From Candidatus Hydrogenedentota bacterium (GTDB lineage Bacteria > Hydrogenedentota > Hydrogenedentia > Hydrogenedentales > SLHB01): a stretch of DNA of 24,019 nucleotides. Positions 16,638-24,019 of the stretch are shown one piece after another. The notes under the pieces are model-generated. The model made no database searches. It saw only the letters and a list, made by a program, of their open reading frames with translations, and had not been told where the DNA came from. The stretch's first letter is position 1. Every line of letters starts with the position of its first letter. Position numbers and translations under genes: made by a program. Where the stretch lies: positions 1 to 24,019 of the forward strand of contig JARKSN010000106.1 in assembly GCA_029974275.1 (NCBI GenBank), in the 5' to 3' direction.

Positions 16638-17867
16638 TCATGCGGGGCGGCGCGCTTCGAGCGTATACGCATCGAACCAAATGACGCATGGCGTTGACGA
16701 CGAATCCGGTTCTGGCCCGGCCGGCCGGCGGAGCGACACGTTCACGCGGGTCACGTGCATGGGAACGTCGAAGTCCAAAACGAGTGGCGTCCATTCCCGG
16801 GTTCCCGTCACGCCATCGCTGCAACGCAGGAACGACTGCCATCCATGCACGGCATCGGCCACTTCGAGCCGCGCCCCCGCGCCCCCGACCTGCTCCGTTT
16901 TGACCCATCCCGTCAAACGATAGGCCTTGCCGGGCGTCACGCTCACCGTCTGGGGCGCATAGAAATCCATCGAGGCAGGCAACGTCACTTTCAACGATCG
17001 ATGCCCCTCAACGCAGTCGGACTCGTCCGGCGTCGCCGTCACTCCCTGCTGCGGATCGGCCCAATACATCCAGGCGGGATCGCGATCGAAGCTCCCGTTG
17101 CGCACCAGCGAGTCCGCCGCGCAATCCACAACCACATCATCGACCCACAACGTTCCCGTGCGCGGCTCTCCTTCGCGAAACGCCGCCCGGAACGCCATGC
17201 GAACGGCGCGCGTTCCTTCCGGCGCGACGAATTCCACCGCCTGCTGTTTCCACTCCTCCGTTCCCGCCATCGGCTTGCCCAGCGCCAGAGGAAGCCCGCC
17301 TTGCCGGGGTTCGACGACGAAGCCCATGCCTGCAGGGGGCGCGTCCAGGCAACGCGTCCAAAACGAGACGCGGTAGCGCACGCCCGGCAACACATGGAAC
17401 TCCTGCGACAACGCATCGGATTGGGAAGCGGCCAGCGTCCAGCGCAGCGCGTGACGCCCCTCGATTTTTTCGAGGGGATCGGCAACAACGGCATGGACGT
17501 CGCACGTCCACCCTTCCAGGGCGTTCGCGCCGGACTCGAACCCTCCGTTCCTGGCGATCGAATGGGCGCCGCCCTCGCGATAGCCGCGGATGCCGCCGCG
17601 TTCCCGCAATAGGCAAGAAAGCCGCCTCATGGCATCCTCGCGGCTCGGCGGCCAATTCAGCCCCAGCGCAAACGAGCGGCGGTAACAGTCGATGGCTCTG
17701 TCCATCCGTCCCTGGTCTTCGTAATCCAGTCCTTGTTGAAGGACCGCCGCAGGCTCGATAGCCGCCATATGCGCGACCGCATCGCCGCCGCGCCAATACG
17801 CCACGCCCCCTAACGCCGTCAACGCGGCAACCGTCGCGATCGTCACCCCGAACAACACGCGCCGCAC
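16638..17867 (-). CDS. Membrane-anchored protein with one TPR and two CBM4/9-like galactose-binding-fold domains
   Basis: N-terminal TM/signal, TPR 'QQGLDYEDQGRMDRAIDCYRRS', two domains starting 'RNGGFE' and 'RNGSFD' with 'PG..YR' and 'LWVDDV/IWFDAY'. Start uncertain (GTG 17867 or ATG 17981). Confidence 0.75.
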   Translation of the reverse strand: MRRVLFGVTIATVAALTALGGVAYWRGGDAVAHMAAIEPAAVLQQGLDYEDQGRMDRAIDCYRRSFALGLNWPPSREDAMRRLSCLLRERGGIRGYREGGAHSIARNGGFESGANALEGWTCDVHAVVADPLEKIEGRHALRWTLAASQSDALSQEFHVLPGVRYRVSFWTRCLDAPPAGMGFVVEPRQGGLPLALGKPMAGTEEWKQQAVEFVAPEGTRAVRMAFRAAFREGEPRTGTLWVDDVVVDCAADSLVRNGSFDRDPAWMYWADPQQGVTATPDESDCVEGHRSLKVTLPASMDFYAPQTVSVTPGKAYRLTGWVKTEQVGGAGARLEVADAVHGWQSFLRCSDGVTGTREWTPLVLDFDVPMHVTRVNVSLRRPAGPEPDSSSTPCVIWFDAYTLEARRPA

Positions 17868-18066
17868 CTCGTCAACGCTCGAACGGGATGTCTCGGACGC
17901 ACGGTCATGTTTTTGCGTAAACGTCAAGAAAAAACCTCGCTGCAACGTCAACTTCCGCACCGTTTCGTTTTCGACGATCATAGTAGTGCACCCGCAGAAC
18001 AGCCGCAACTTGCCCCGTTGGCATAGCGCGAAATGAGAAAGCCGGGCGGCATGGCCGCGGATGGGA

Positions 18067-20271
18067 TTACGGAAAAGCGACGTTACGGAGATCGGCAAAG
18101 ACGATCCAGGATTTGGTCGATCCCGGAACGCGGGCGCAAGCCCAGGCGCCGTCGGGAGAGACGAACACGCGCGGCAACACGCCGGCATCGAGAGACGTAA
18201 TCTGGATGCGTCGGTATTGGGGCGCCGCTTCGACGGCCCATATCTGCATCGTGTTGTTGGAATCAGGCGCCGCCACGACCAGGTAGGCGCCGGAAGGATG
18301 CCACGCCGCGGCGCGTCCGCCCCCCAACAGGAAAGGCGCGCTGGAGGCATCGACTGGGGCCGCGTACACGTTGCCATCGTCTTGGCAATATGCGACGGAA
18401 CGACCATCGGGGCTGAACGGCGAGGCGGGCATGGCCAGAATATTTCCCTCGGCGATGGTTCGGACTTGTCCCTTGGCGTCGCCGCTGGCGATGCCCCGGA
18501 GGGAGGAACGGCCGGATTTGCCTTCTTCGAGAAACGCAATCGCGGTTCCATCGGGCGAGTAGTGAACCGAGCGGATGGCCGGACCGGGGCGTGTCAGGGG
18601 CGCGTCCGGTCCATCGAGGGCCCACTCCGTCAAGATGCTTTGACCGGTGGGCAAGGAGAGCGCGCAGGCGATTTGTCTGCCATCGCTCCGGACCGATGCC
18701 GCGGCGATTTTGGCCGGATCGATGGGCGCATAGGGGCCCAGGGCGCTGTTTCGCGCCAATACCTGGGGAAAACGGCTTTTGTCGGGCGCGCACGGGGCCA
18801 GGGTCAGCATGGCCACGCGTTCTCGCGGGTTCACGATGCGAAAAAGCAGACTCTCATTCGGGGCGATCGCGAGCATATCCACGACCGGCATGCCGCCTCC
18901 CCCGCCGTGCGGCGTCGGAGCGAACACCCACGTTCCCTGGGCCGTGTCGGGTTCCAGCAGCGCCATGGCCTCGTACCCGTCCCACTTGGAGGCGGAATTG
19001 CCTTGCATGGCGACGAGCAGTCTCTGCGATCCAAGCCAGCCCACGGGCTGAACGTTGAAATCGAGCATCTGCAGCGAAGCGAATTTGGTTGTCGGGCTAT
19101 CCGAATAAAACTGCGCCAGATTCCCCTGGCTGGTCCAACTTTCCGGGCGTCCCTGAAAGGAAGACGCCGGATATCGGCGATCGTGCGCGCTGGTCGTGAT
19201 AATTCCCGCCATGGTCGTGAATGCGACAAACGCGGCGGCGCTGATCCAGGCGACGGCTTGCACCCAAACCGGCAAATCCCACCAGCGGGTCCAAATTCGC
19301 TTGGCCAACGCCTTGAGGGTGCACGATTGTCCCTCGTCCGCAGTCGCCTTGGCCGCGCCCGACGTGTCCATCGTATGGCGGAACGCCTCAAGGGCCTCGC
19401 TCAGGGAAGATTCCGTTTCGTCGAGGGGACGTCCCGCGCGCACGCGGGCGATGGCTTCGCGAGCGATGCGCGGCGTGGCGGGACGGTCTTGCGGGCGCTT
19501 TTCAATGAGATAGGCGACAAGCCGCTCGACGTCCTCGGGGATGCCCTGCACGAAATCGCTTAGGCGCGCGGGCGGCGCAAAGATGATCTTGTTGATGAGA
19601 TCGACGGAATTCTGCGCTTCGTACGGCAACCGCGCTGTCATCAATTGAAACAGCACGACTCCCAGAGAGTAAATGTCGCTCGACAGCGTGATTTCTTCGT
19701 TCCGGCAGCGTTCCGGCGACATGTAATGGGGGGTGCCGATGCGCGTGCCATCGACCGTGAGCTGGGTGTCGGCAGTCAGGATTTTGGCGACGCCGAAATC
19801 GGTCACATAGGCATGGTCGCCCTCGTCGATGAGAATGTTGGCGGGCTTGATGTCGCGGTGGACGATTTTCGCCTCGAAGGCGCACACGAGGGCGTCGGCC
19901 ACCTGTTCGCCGATGGCCAAGGCGCGTTTCCAGTCCATCCGCCCTTCTTCCTGAAGCACCTGACTCAGGGGACGCCCCTTGACGTAATCCATCGCGATGT
20001 AGGGCGTATCGCCGACGATGCCCACCGAGTGGATGTGGACGATGTTGTGGTGCGAAAGGCTCGCGGCGGCCCGGGCTTCGCGCTGAAATCGGGTCACGAG
20101 ATGCGCCTGCGATCGCAGTTCCTCGCGCAAAAGCTTCAGGGCCACCTCGCGTTCGAGCGCCAGATCGATTGCCAGGTACACCACCCCCATTCCCCCTTTG
20201 CCCAGGGGGCGGATGAGTTCGTAGTTCCCAAATTGAGTGTGCCCCGCCCCATTCTCTTTTCCGTTAAGCAT
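18067..20271 (-). CDS. Transmembrane Hanks-type Ser/Thr kinase with C-terminal TolB/PD40-like beta-propeller (kinase B)
   Basis: GKGGMG, VALK, HRDIKPAN, DFG, GTPHYMSPE; one TM; 'YSPDG', 'FSPDG', 'WHPSG', 'VSPDG' blades. SD GGAGG before ATG 20271. Confidence 0.93.
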   Translation of the reverse strand: MLNGKENGAGHTQFGNYELIRPLGKGGMGVVYLAIDLALEREVALKLLREELRSQAHLVTRFQREARAAASLSHHNIVHIHSVGIVGDTPYIAMDYVKGRPLSQVLQEEGRMDWKRALAIGEQVADALVCAFEAKIVHRDIKPANILIDEGDHAYVTDFGVAKILTADTQLTVDGTRIGTPHYMSPERCRNEEITLSSDIYSLGVVLFQLMTARLPYEAQNSVDLINKIIFAPPARLSDFVQGIPEDVERLVAYLIEKRPQDRPATPRIAREAIARVRAGRPLDETESSLSEALEAFRHTMDTSGAAKATADEGQSCTLKALAKRIWTRWWDLPVWVQAVAWISAAAFVAFTTMAGIITTSAHDRRYPASSFQGRPESWTSQGNLAQFYSDSPTTKFASLQMLDFNVQPVGWLGSQRLLVAMQGNSASKWDGYEAMALLEPDTAQGTWVFAPTPHGGGGGMPVVDMLAIAPNESLLFRIVNPRERVAMLTLAPCAPDKSRFPQVLARNSALGPYAPIDPAKIAAASVRSDGRQIACALSLPTGQSILTEWALDGPDAPLTRPGPAIRSVHYSPDGTAIAFLEEGKSGRSSLRGIASGDAKGQVRTIAEGNILAMPASPFSPDGRSVAYCQDDGNVYAAPVDASSAPFLLGGGRAAAWHPSGAYLVVAAPDSNNTMQIWAVEAAPQYRRIQITSLDAGVLPRVFVSPDGAWACARVPGSTKSWIVFADLRNVAFP

Positions 20272-22555
20272 CGGGACGGTCCTCCCAAGCGGCGGACGAC
20301 ACGACGCGGAACACGGCCAGGTCGACCACCACGATGCTCGACACGCTGTTTGACCCGGCCGCCGCGACGGCAAGCCACCTGCCGTCTTGAGAAAGCGACA
20401 AACTCGATCCGATGGCTCCGGGCGCCTCCAACAGGGAGGTGCGCAGACTGGGGTCTTTCACGTCGATGCGCCACAGGCAGGTCGTCTGCTCCGTCGCGTC
20501 GTTGACTCCGGGCGCCACTACGATGACGTAGGCCCCGGACTGGTGCCAGGAGCCCGGACCGAGTTGTCCGCGTCCCAGGCGAACGCGGACGTTGCCCGTC
20601 TCGATATCGACAATGCGCAAGTCCGCCCACGGCGAATCGTCCGTGCGGACCCCCAACAGGATCTGTTGCCCGCTGGGACTGAAACAGTAGTTGACGTCAA
20701 GGTTGCCAATCGCTACGGGCGTTCCGTTTCCTTCGGGCTTTGCCGTCGAGGGCCAAAGCACCCAAAGCTGGCGCTGGCCTTGCTGGGTCTCGCGGATGTA
20801 GCCGAGCATGTTGCCGTTGAACGAATAGCGCACCGTTTCGGGAAGGATGCGCCCCTCGCATTTGGTCAGCCGGGGACCAATTTGATCGAGGGACTCGGAA
20901 CGCAGGTCGCGTTCGACCAAGTAGTTGAAGCCGCTATGGAAATCGTTCAACGCCAGGCAGGCCCGCGTCCCGCTCGGGTGCAGCGTCGCGCCGCCCAACG
21001 TTGACGCATCCCAGGGCAAACCGCTGCCGGGACGCCACAGAACTCCGTCGAAACGGCCCAACACCGCCAGGTCTGGCCGAGACCTATCCGCTTGCTGCGC
21101 CAACAGCGCCAGCTGGCTCTTGTTGCGACCGCGAGGCCAAGGGACCGTTTTAAGCAAATGCCGGGGGCCCAGCGCATACATCCGGGGGAGGGTTGTCTTC
21201 CAATATTCCGGGGTTTCCGCCGGCAGCACAGGCGACGCCAAATTGATCGCCGCGTGCTCGACGGGATCGATGGCAATGATCCCCTCGCCGCCGTAGGCGA
21301 GGGTCGTGGGAAGACCCGTGGCCCGCGCCAGGAGCAGGGTCCGGGCCCGGTTCCAGGACAGTTCGGAAATGGAAAAAGGGGCATTAGGGGCCAGCAGGGC
21401 CCGCTGCACGCCCGGAGCCAGTTCCTCGAGGGTGACCATGCCGGCGGCGGGGGCGGGCGGCGGAATGGGCTGTGGCAATAAGCTCCACACCAGAAGGATG
21501 GCGCCTCCCGCCCACAGCAACAGCGACGCGATCAACACCGCCACAACGGACATGGCGAACGACATGGCGTTCTGATTGTCTCGGACTCCCCCCGGCCCCC
21601 CGGTCTGATGCCCGGGGTGTCGCGAACCGCGCGTCGTGGAGATCGAAATGTCGTTGTATTCGCGGATAAATGCGGCCAATGCGGCGGGAATGGCCGATCG
21701 TCCGCCCCGTTCGACTTGAAGCCGGTCGATGGTCTGACTCACCACCCGGGCGGAAGGAGGGCGATCGTGGGGCTTTTTTTCAAGGAGATGCGCGACCAGT
21801 CGCGCCACGTCGTCCGGCACTTCCGGGATGATCCGGTTCAGCCGCGGAGCCGGATCATTGGTGATTTTTTTGATGAGGGCCATGGGCGTTTCCGCCTCGA
21901 ACGGCAACTCGCACGACATCATTTGGTACATCGTCACGCCAAGCGCATAGAGGTCCGCCGAGAAGGTCACTTCCTCGCCGGCCACCTGCTCCGGGGCCAT
22001 GTACTTGGGCGTGCCCGCAAACGCCCGCGAATCGGCCTGATCGGGCTGCCCCGTCCGAATCCGGGCAATGCCAAAATCCGTCAGATGCACTTTGCCCTGC
22101 TGATCCAGCAAGATGTTCGCGGGCTTGACGTCGCGATGCACCACGCCCTGCGAATGCGCGCAATCCAGCGCGTCAGCGACCTGGTGCGCGATGTACAAGG
22201 CCGTCGTCCAATGAACCCGGCCTTTCCGGCGCAAAAACCGGTCCAGGGTCTCGCCCGCGATGTATTCCATCGCAATATAGGGCGTGCCTTGCTCCACGCC
22301 CGCGGAATAGATGCGCACGATTCCAGGATGGCGCAACGGGGCGGCGGTTTGGGCTTCGTGATGAAAGCTTTTGACCAAGGCCGGGTTTTGCGCGGTGGAA
22401 CCCAGAAGCACTTTCAGCGCAACCTGGCGCTTTAGGGCGACGTCGCGGGCCAGATACACGGTGCCCGTAGCGCCTCGCCCGATAAGGCTGATCACCTCGT
22501 ATCCCCCCAAGGTGGTCCCTATGAGGGAGGCGTGTCCGTGTGATGCCCCTGACAT
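20264..22555 (-). CDS. Transmembrane Hanks-type Ser/Thr kinase with C-terminal TolB/PD40-like beta-propeller (kinase A)
   Basis: GRGATG, VALK, HRDVKPAN, DFG, GTPKYMAPE; one TM plus Pro-rich linker; 'LHPSG', 'YSFNG', 'FSPSG', 'WHQSG', 'LSQDG' blades. ATG 22555 preferred because GTG 22624 lies inside the promoter. Confidence 0.92.
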   Translation of the reverse strand: MSGASHGHASLIGTTLGGYEVISLIGRGATGTVYLARDVALKRQVALKVLLGSTAQNPALVKSFHHEAQTAAPLRHPGIVRIYSAGVEQGTPYIAMEYIAGETLDRFLRRKGRVHWTTALYIAHQVADALDCAHSQGVVHRDVKPANILLDQQGKVHLTDFGIARIRTGQPDQADSRAFAGTPKYMAPEQVAGEEVTFSADLYALGVTMYQMMSCELPFEAETPMALIKKITNDPAPRLNRIIPEVPDDVARLVAHLLEKKPHDRPPSARVVSQTIDRLQVERGGRSAIPAALAAFIREYNDISISTTRGSRHPGHQTGGPGGVRDNQNAMSFAMSVVAVLIASLLLWAGGAILLVWSLLPQPIPPPAPAAGMVTLEELAPGVQRALLAPNAPFSISELSWNRARTLLLARATGLPTTLAYGGEGIIAIDPVEHAAINLASPVLPAETPEYWKTTLPRMYALGPRHLLKTVPWPRGRNKSQLALLAQQADRSRPDLAVLGRFDGVLWRPGSGLPWDASTLGGATLHPSGTRACLALNDFHSGFNYLVERDLRSESLDQIGPRLTKCEGRILPETVRYSFNGNMLGYIRETQQGQRQLWVLWPSTAKPEGNGTPVAIGNLDVNYCFSPSGQQILLGVRTDDSPWADLRIVDIETGNVRVRLGRGQLGPGSWHQSGAYVIVVAPGVNDATEQTTCLWRIDVKDPSLRTSLLEAPGAIGSSLSLSQDGRWLAVAAAGSNSVSSIVVVDLAVFRVVSSAAWEDRPDA

Positions 22556-22614
22556 ACTGCGAAAAATGCTCCCCGCGTGAAGCGCCACGACCCGTGCGCT
22601 GCCTGACAGTAATG

Positions 22615-22643
22615 AATCTAGCACGGCGCCTTGATGCTGTCAA
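22615..22643 (-). promoter_or_regulatory. Sigma70 promoter of the kinase pair
   Basis: Minus strand TTGACA-17 nt-TAGATT with TG extension, just downstream of the fba terminator. Confidence 0.75.
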
Positions 22644-22680
22644 TAGAGATTTGAAGCGTCGCGCGGCGCGTTGCGGCGGC

Positions 22681-22720
22681 AAAACAAAAGCGAGGGAACC
22701 TTCCTGAAAGATTCCCTCGC
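22681..22720 (-). terminator. Intrinsic terminator of fba
   Basis: Minus strand GCGAGGGAA...TTCCCTCGC stem followed by TTTTGTTTT, 22 nt after the fba stop. Confidence 0.88.
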
Positions 22721-22742
22721 AACTCCGTTGTCCGTCGCCAGA

Positions 22743-23783
22743 CTACCGTCCGTATACTTTCTTCATGTCCTCAAGCGTCATCTGCTTGTAGTCGCCGGCG
22801 TGGCCAGCCTGCCCAAAGGCCTTCATGCGATCAACATACACGTGGTACGCGGCCTCCCGCGCGGGCTTCAAATAATCGCGCGGATCGAATTTTTCGGGAT
22901 GCTCGACGAAAACCTTGCGGATGGCGCCCGTAATGGCGAGGCGGCTGTCGGTGTCCACGTTGATTTTGCGCACGCCGTGCTTGATGCCGTCCTGGATTTC
23001 CGAAATCGGGATGCCAAAGGTTCCGGGCATCTTGCCGCCGTACTGATTGATGAGATCGACGAGCTCCTTCGGCACCGAACTGGAGCCGTGCATGACCATG
23101 TGGCAATTCGGCATGCGCTTGTGGATTTCGTGGATGCGTTCCATGGCCAGGGCTGGGGGGAGAATCTCGCCCGTTTTCGGATCCTTTCGCCCGGATTTGT
23201 ACGCGCCGTGGCTTGTGCCAATGGCGACGGCCAAGGCGTCAAGGCCGGTCTTCGCCACGAAATCCTCCGCTTGCGCCGGGTCCGTCAAGTGCGACGCGAC
23301 TTCTTCATCGCTCAACCCCGCGCCATGGCCGTCTTCGATGCCGCCCAAGCAGCCGAGTTCGCCCTCGACCGTGACGCCCAGCGGATGGGCCAATTCAACG
23401 GCCTGCTTCGTGATGGCGACGTTTTGCTCGTAGGTATTCGGGGTCTTGCCGTCTTCGGCCAGCGATCCGTCCATCATGACCGATGTGAAGCCGAGGTCAA
23501 TGGCTTCCTTGAGCGTGGCGATGCTATTGCCATGATCAAGGTGCATGGCGACGGGAATGTGCGGAAATTCCTCCGCGGCCGCCTCCATGAGTTTTTTGAG
23601 GTAGATCATCTTGCTGTACTTGAGGGCGCCGCGACTGGCCTGGATGATGACCGGGCTGTTCGTGTCGTTGGCGGCCTGCATGATCGCCTGAATCTGCTCC
23701 ATGTTGTTGACGTTGAACGCGCCAACGCCATAACCGCCCTTCGCGGCTTCATCGAGAATCTGACGCATCGGCACTAATGACAT
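22743..23783 (-). CDS. fba: Class II fructose-1,6-bisphosphate aldolase (type B-like)
   Basis: 'GAFNVNNMEQ', 'HLDHG', 'SVMMDGS', 'VEGELG', 'GTSHGAYK', 'HGSSSVP', 'KINVDTD', 'FDPR'. SD AGGAG before ATG 23783. Confidence 0.96.
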   Translation of the reverse strand: MSLVPMRQILDEAAKGGYGVGAFNVNNMEQIQAIMQAANDTNSPVIIQASRGALKYSKMIYLKKLMEAAAEEFPHIPVAMHLDHGNSIATLKEAIDLGFTSVMMDGSLAEDGKTPNTYEQNVAITKQAVELAHPLGVTVEGELGCLGGIEDGHGAGLSDEEVASHLTDPAQAEDFVAKTGLDALAVAIGTSHGAYKSGRKDPKTGEILPPALAMERIHEIHKRMPNCHMVMHGSSSVPKELVDLINQYGGKMPGTFGIPISEIQDGIKHGVRKINVDTDSRLAITGAIRKVFVEHPEKFDPRDYLKPAREAAYHVYVDRMKAFGQAGHAGDYKQMTLEDMKKVYGR

Positions 23784-23896
23784 GGTTTTTCTCTCCTGAC
23801 GGTTGCTGCTTGCAAGGCGTTGTTGCGCGCGAGGCCCAACGCCATCTCCCCGTGCGCTCAATTCGCAAAAGCGCCGCGCCGAGGCACTCAGGGCGC

Positions 23897-23925
23897 AGTA
23901 TAGCATGCGGCGAAAATGTAGGCAA
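23897..23925 (-). promoter_or_regulatory. Sigma70 promoter of fba (extended -10)
   Basis: Minus strand TTGCCT-17 nt-TATACT, with TGc before the -10. Confidence 0.7.
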
Positions 23926-23952
23926 ACTGATGTCCGAGGGGGCGGGCGGATG

Positions 23953-23961
23953 TGCTATACT
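23953..23961 (+). promoter_or_regulatory. Extended -10 promoter of the next plus-strand gene
   Basis: TGCTATACT about 40 nt upstream of an SD and ATG. Confidence 0.6.
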
Positions 23962-24002
23962 CCTCAACCTTACAGGACCTGTTCACGAGGAGAATACGGA
24001 GG

Positions 24003-24019
24003 ATGTCTGATTGTGTGCG
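24003..24019 (+). CDS. Possible 5' end of a gene leaving the window (MSDCV...)
   Basis: GAGGAG-aatacggagg-ATG downstream of the extended -10. Only 5 codons are visible; the GGAGG could instead serve a later TTG/GTG. Confidence 0.35.

Noticed and set aside
17982..18551. Extended start of the TPR-CBM gene overlapping kinase B
   Set aside because: It overlaps the kinase propeller in another frame and is low-complexity; the TM anchor begins near 17860.
22671..23777. 368-aa plus-strand ORF antisense to fba
   Set aside because: Codon-register mirror of a strongly biased gene; no recognisable motifs.

Overview
GC-rich bacterial chromosomal window with no mobile elements, CRISPR arrays, rRNA or tRNA that I can detect. 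Left to right: a Wzz/GumC-like polysaccharide co-polymerase; a lipoprotein with three exact-period 179-aa repeats; a minus-strand sugar ABC transporter (binding protein, MalF-type permease with a large extracytoplasmic beta-propeller-like N-terminal domain, MalG-type permease, no ATPase); two tandem RRM RNA-binding proteins behind a ~330-nt structured leader; a MauE/DoxX-thioredoxin-like fusion; a plus-strand run of GT2-TPR glycosyltransferase, pilT, tatD, tcdA and a TIGR03663/Agl23-like GT-C membrane protein; a TPR plus 2x CBM4/9-like membrane protein; two overlapping paralogous transmembrane Ser/Thr kinases with TolB-like propellers; and class II fba. Best candidates for undescribed biology: (1) a long-range anti-Shine-Dalgarno switch in the RRM leader, (2) the coupled, asymmetric receptor-kinase pair, (3) the propeller-permease fusion, (4) the triple-repeat lipoprotein. 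All family calls are by motif recognition; no database search or folding computation was run.
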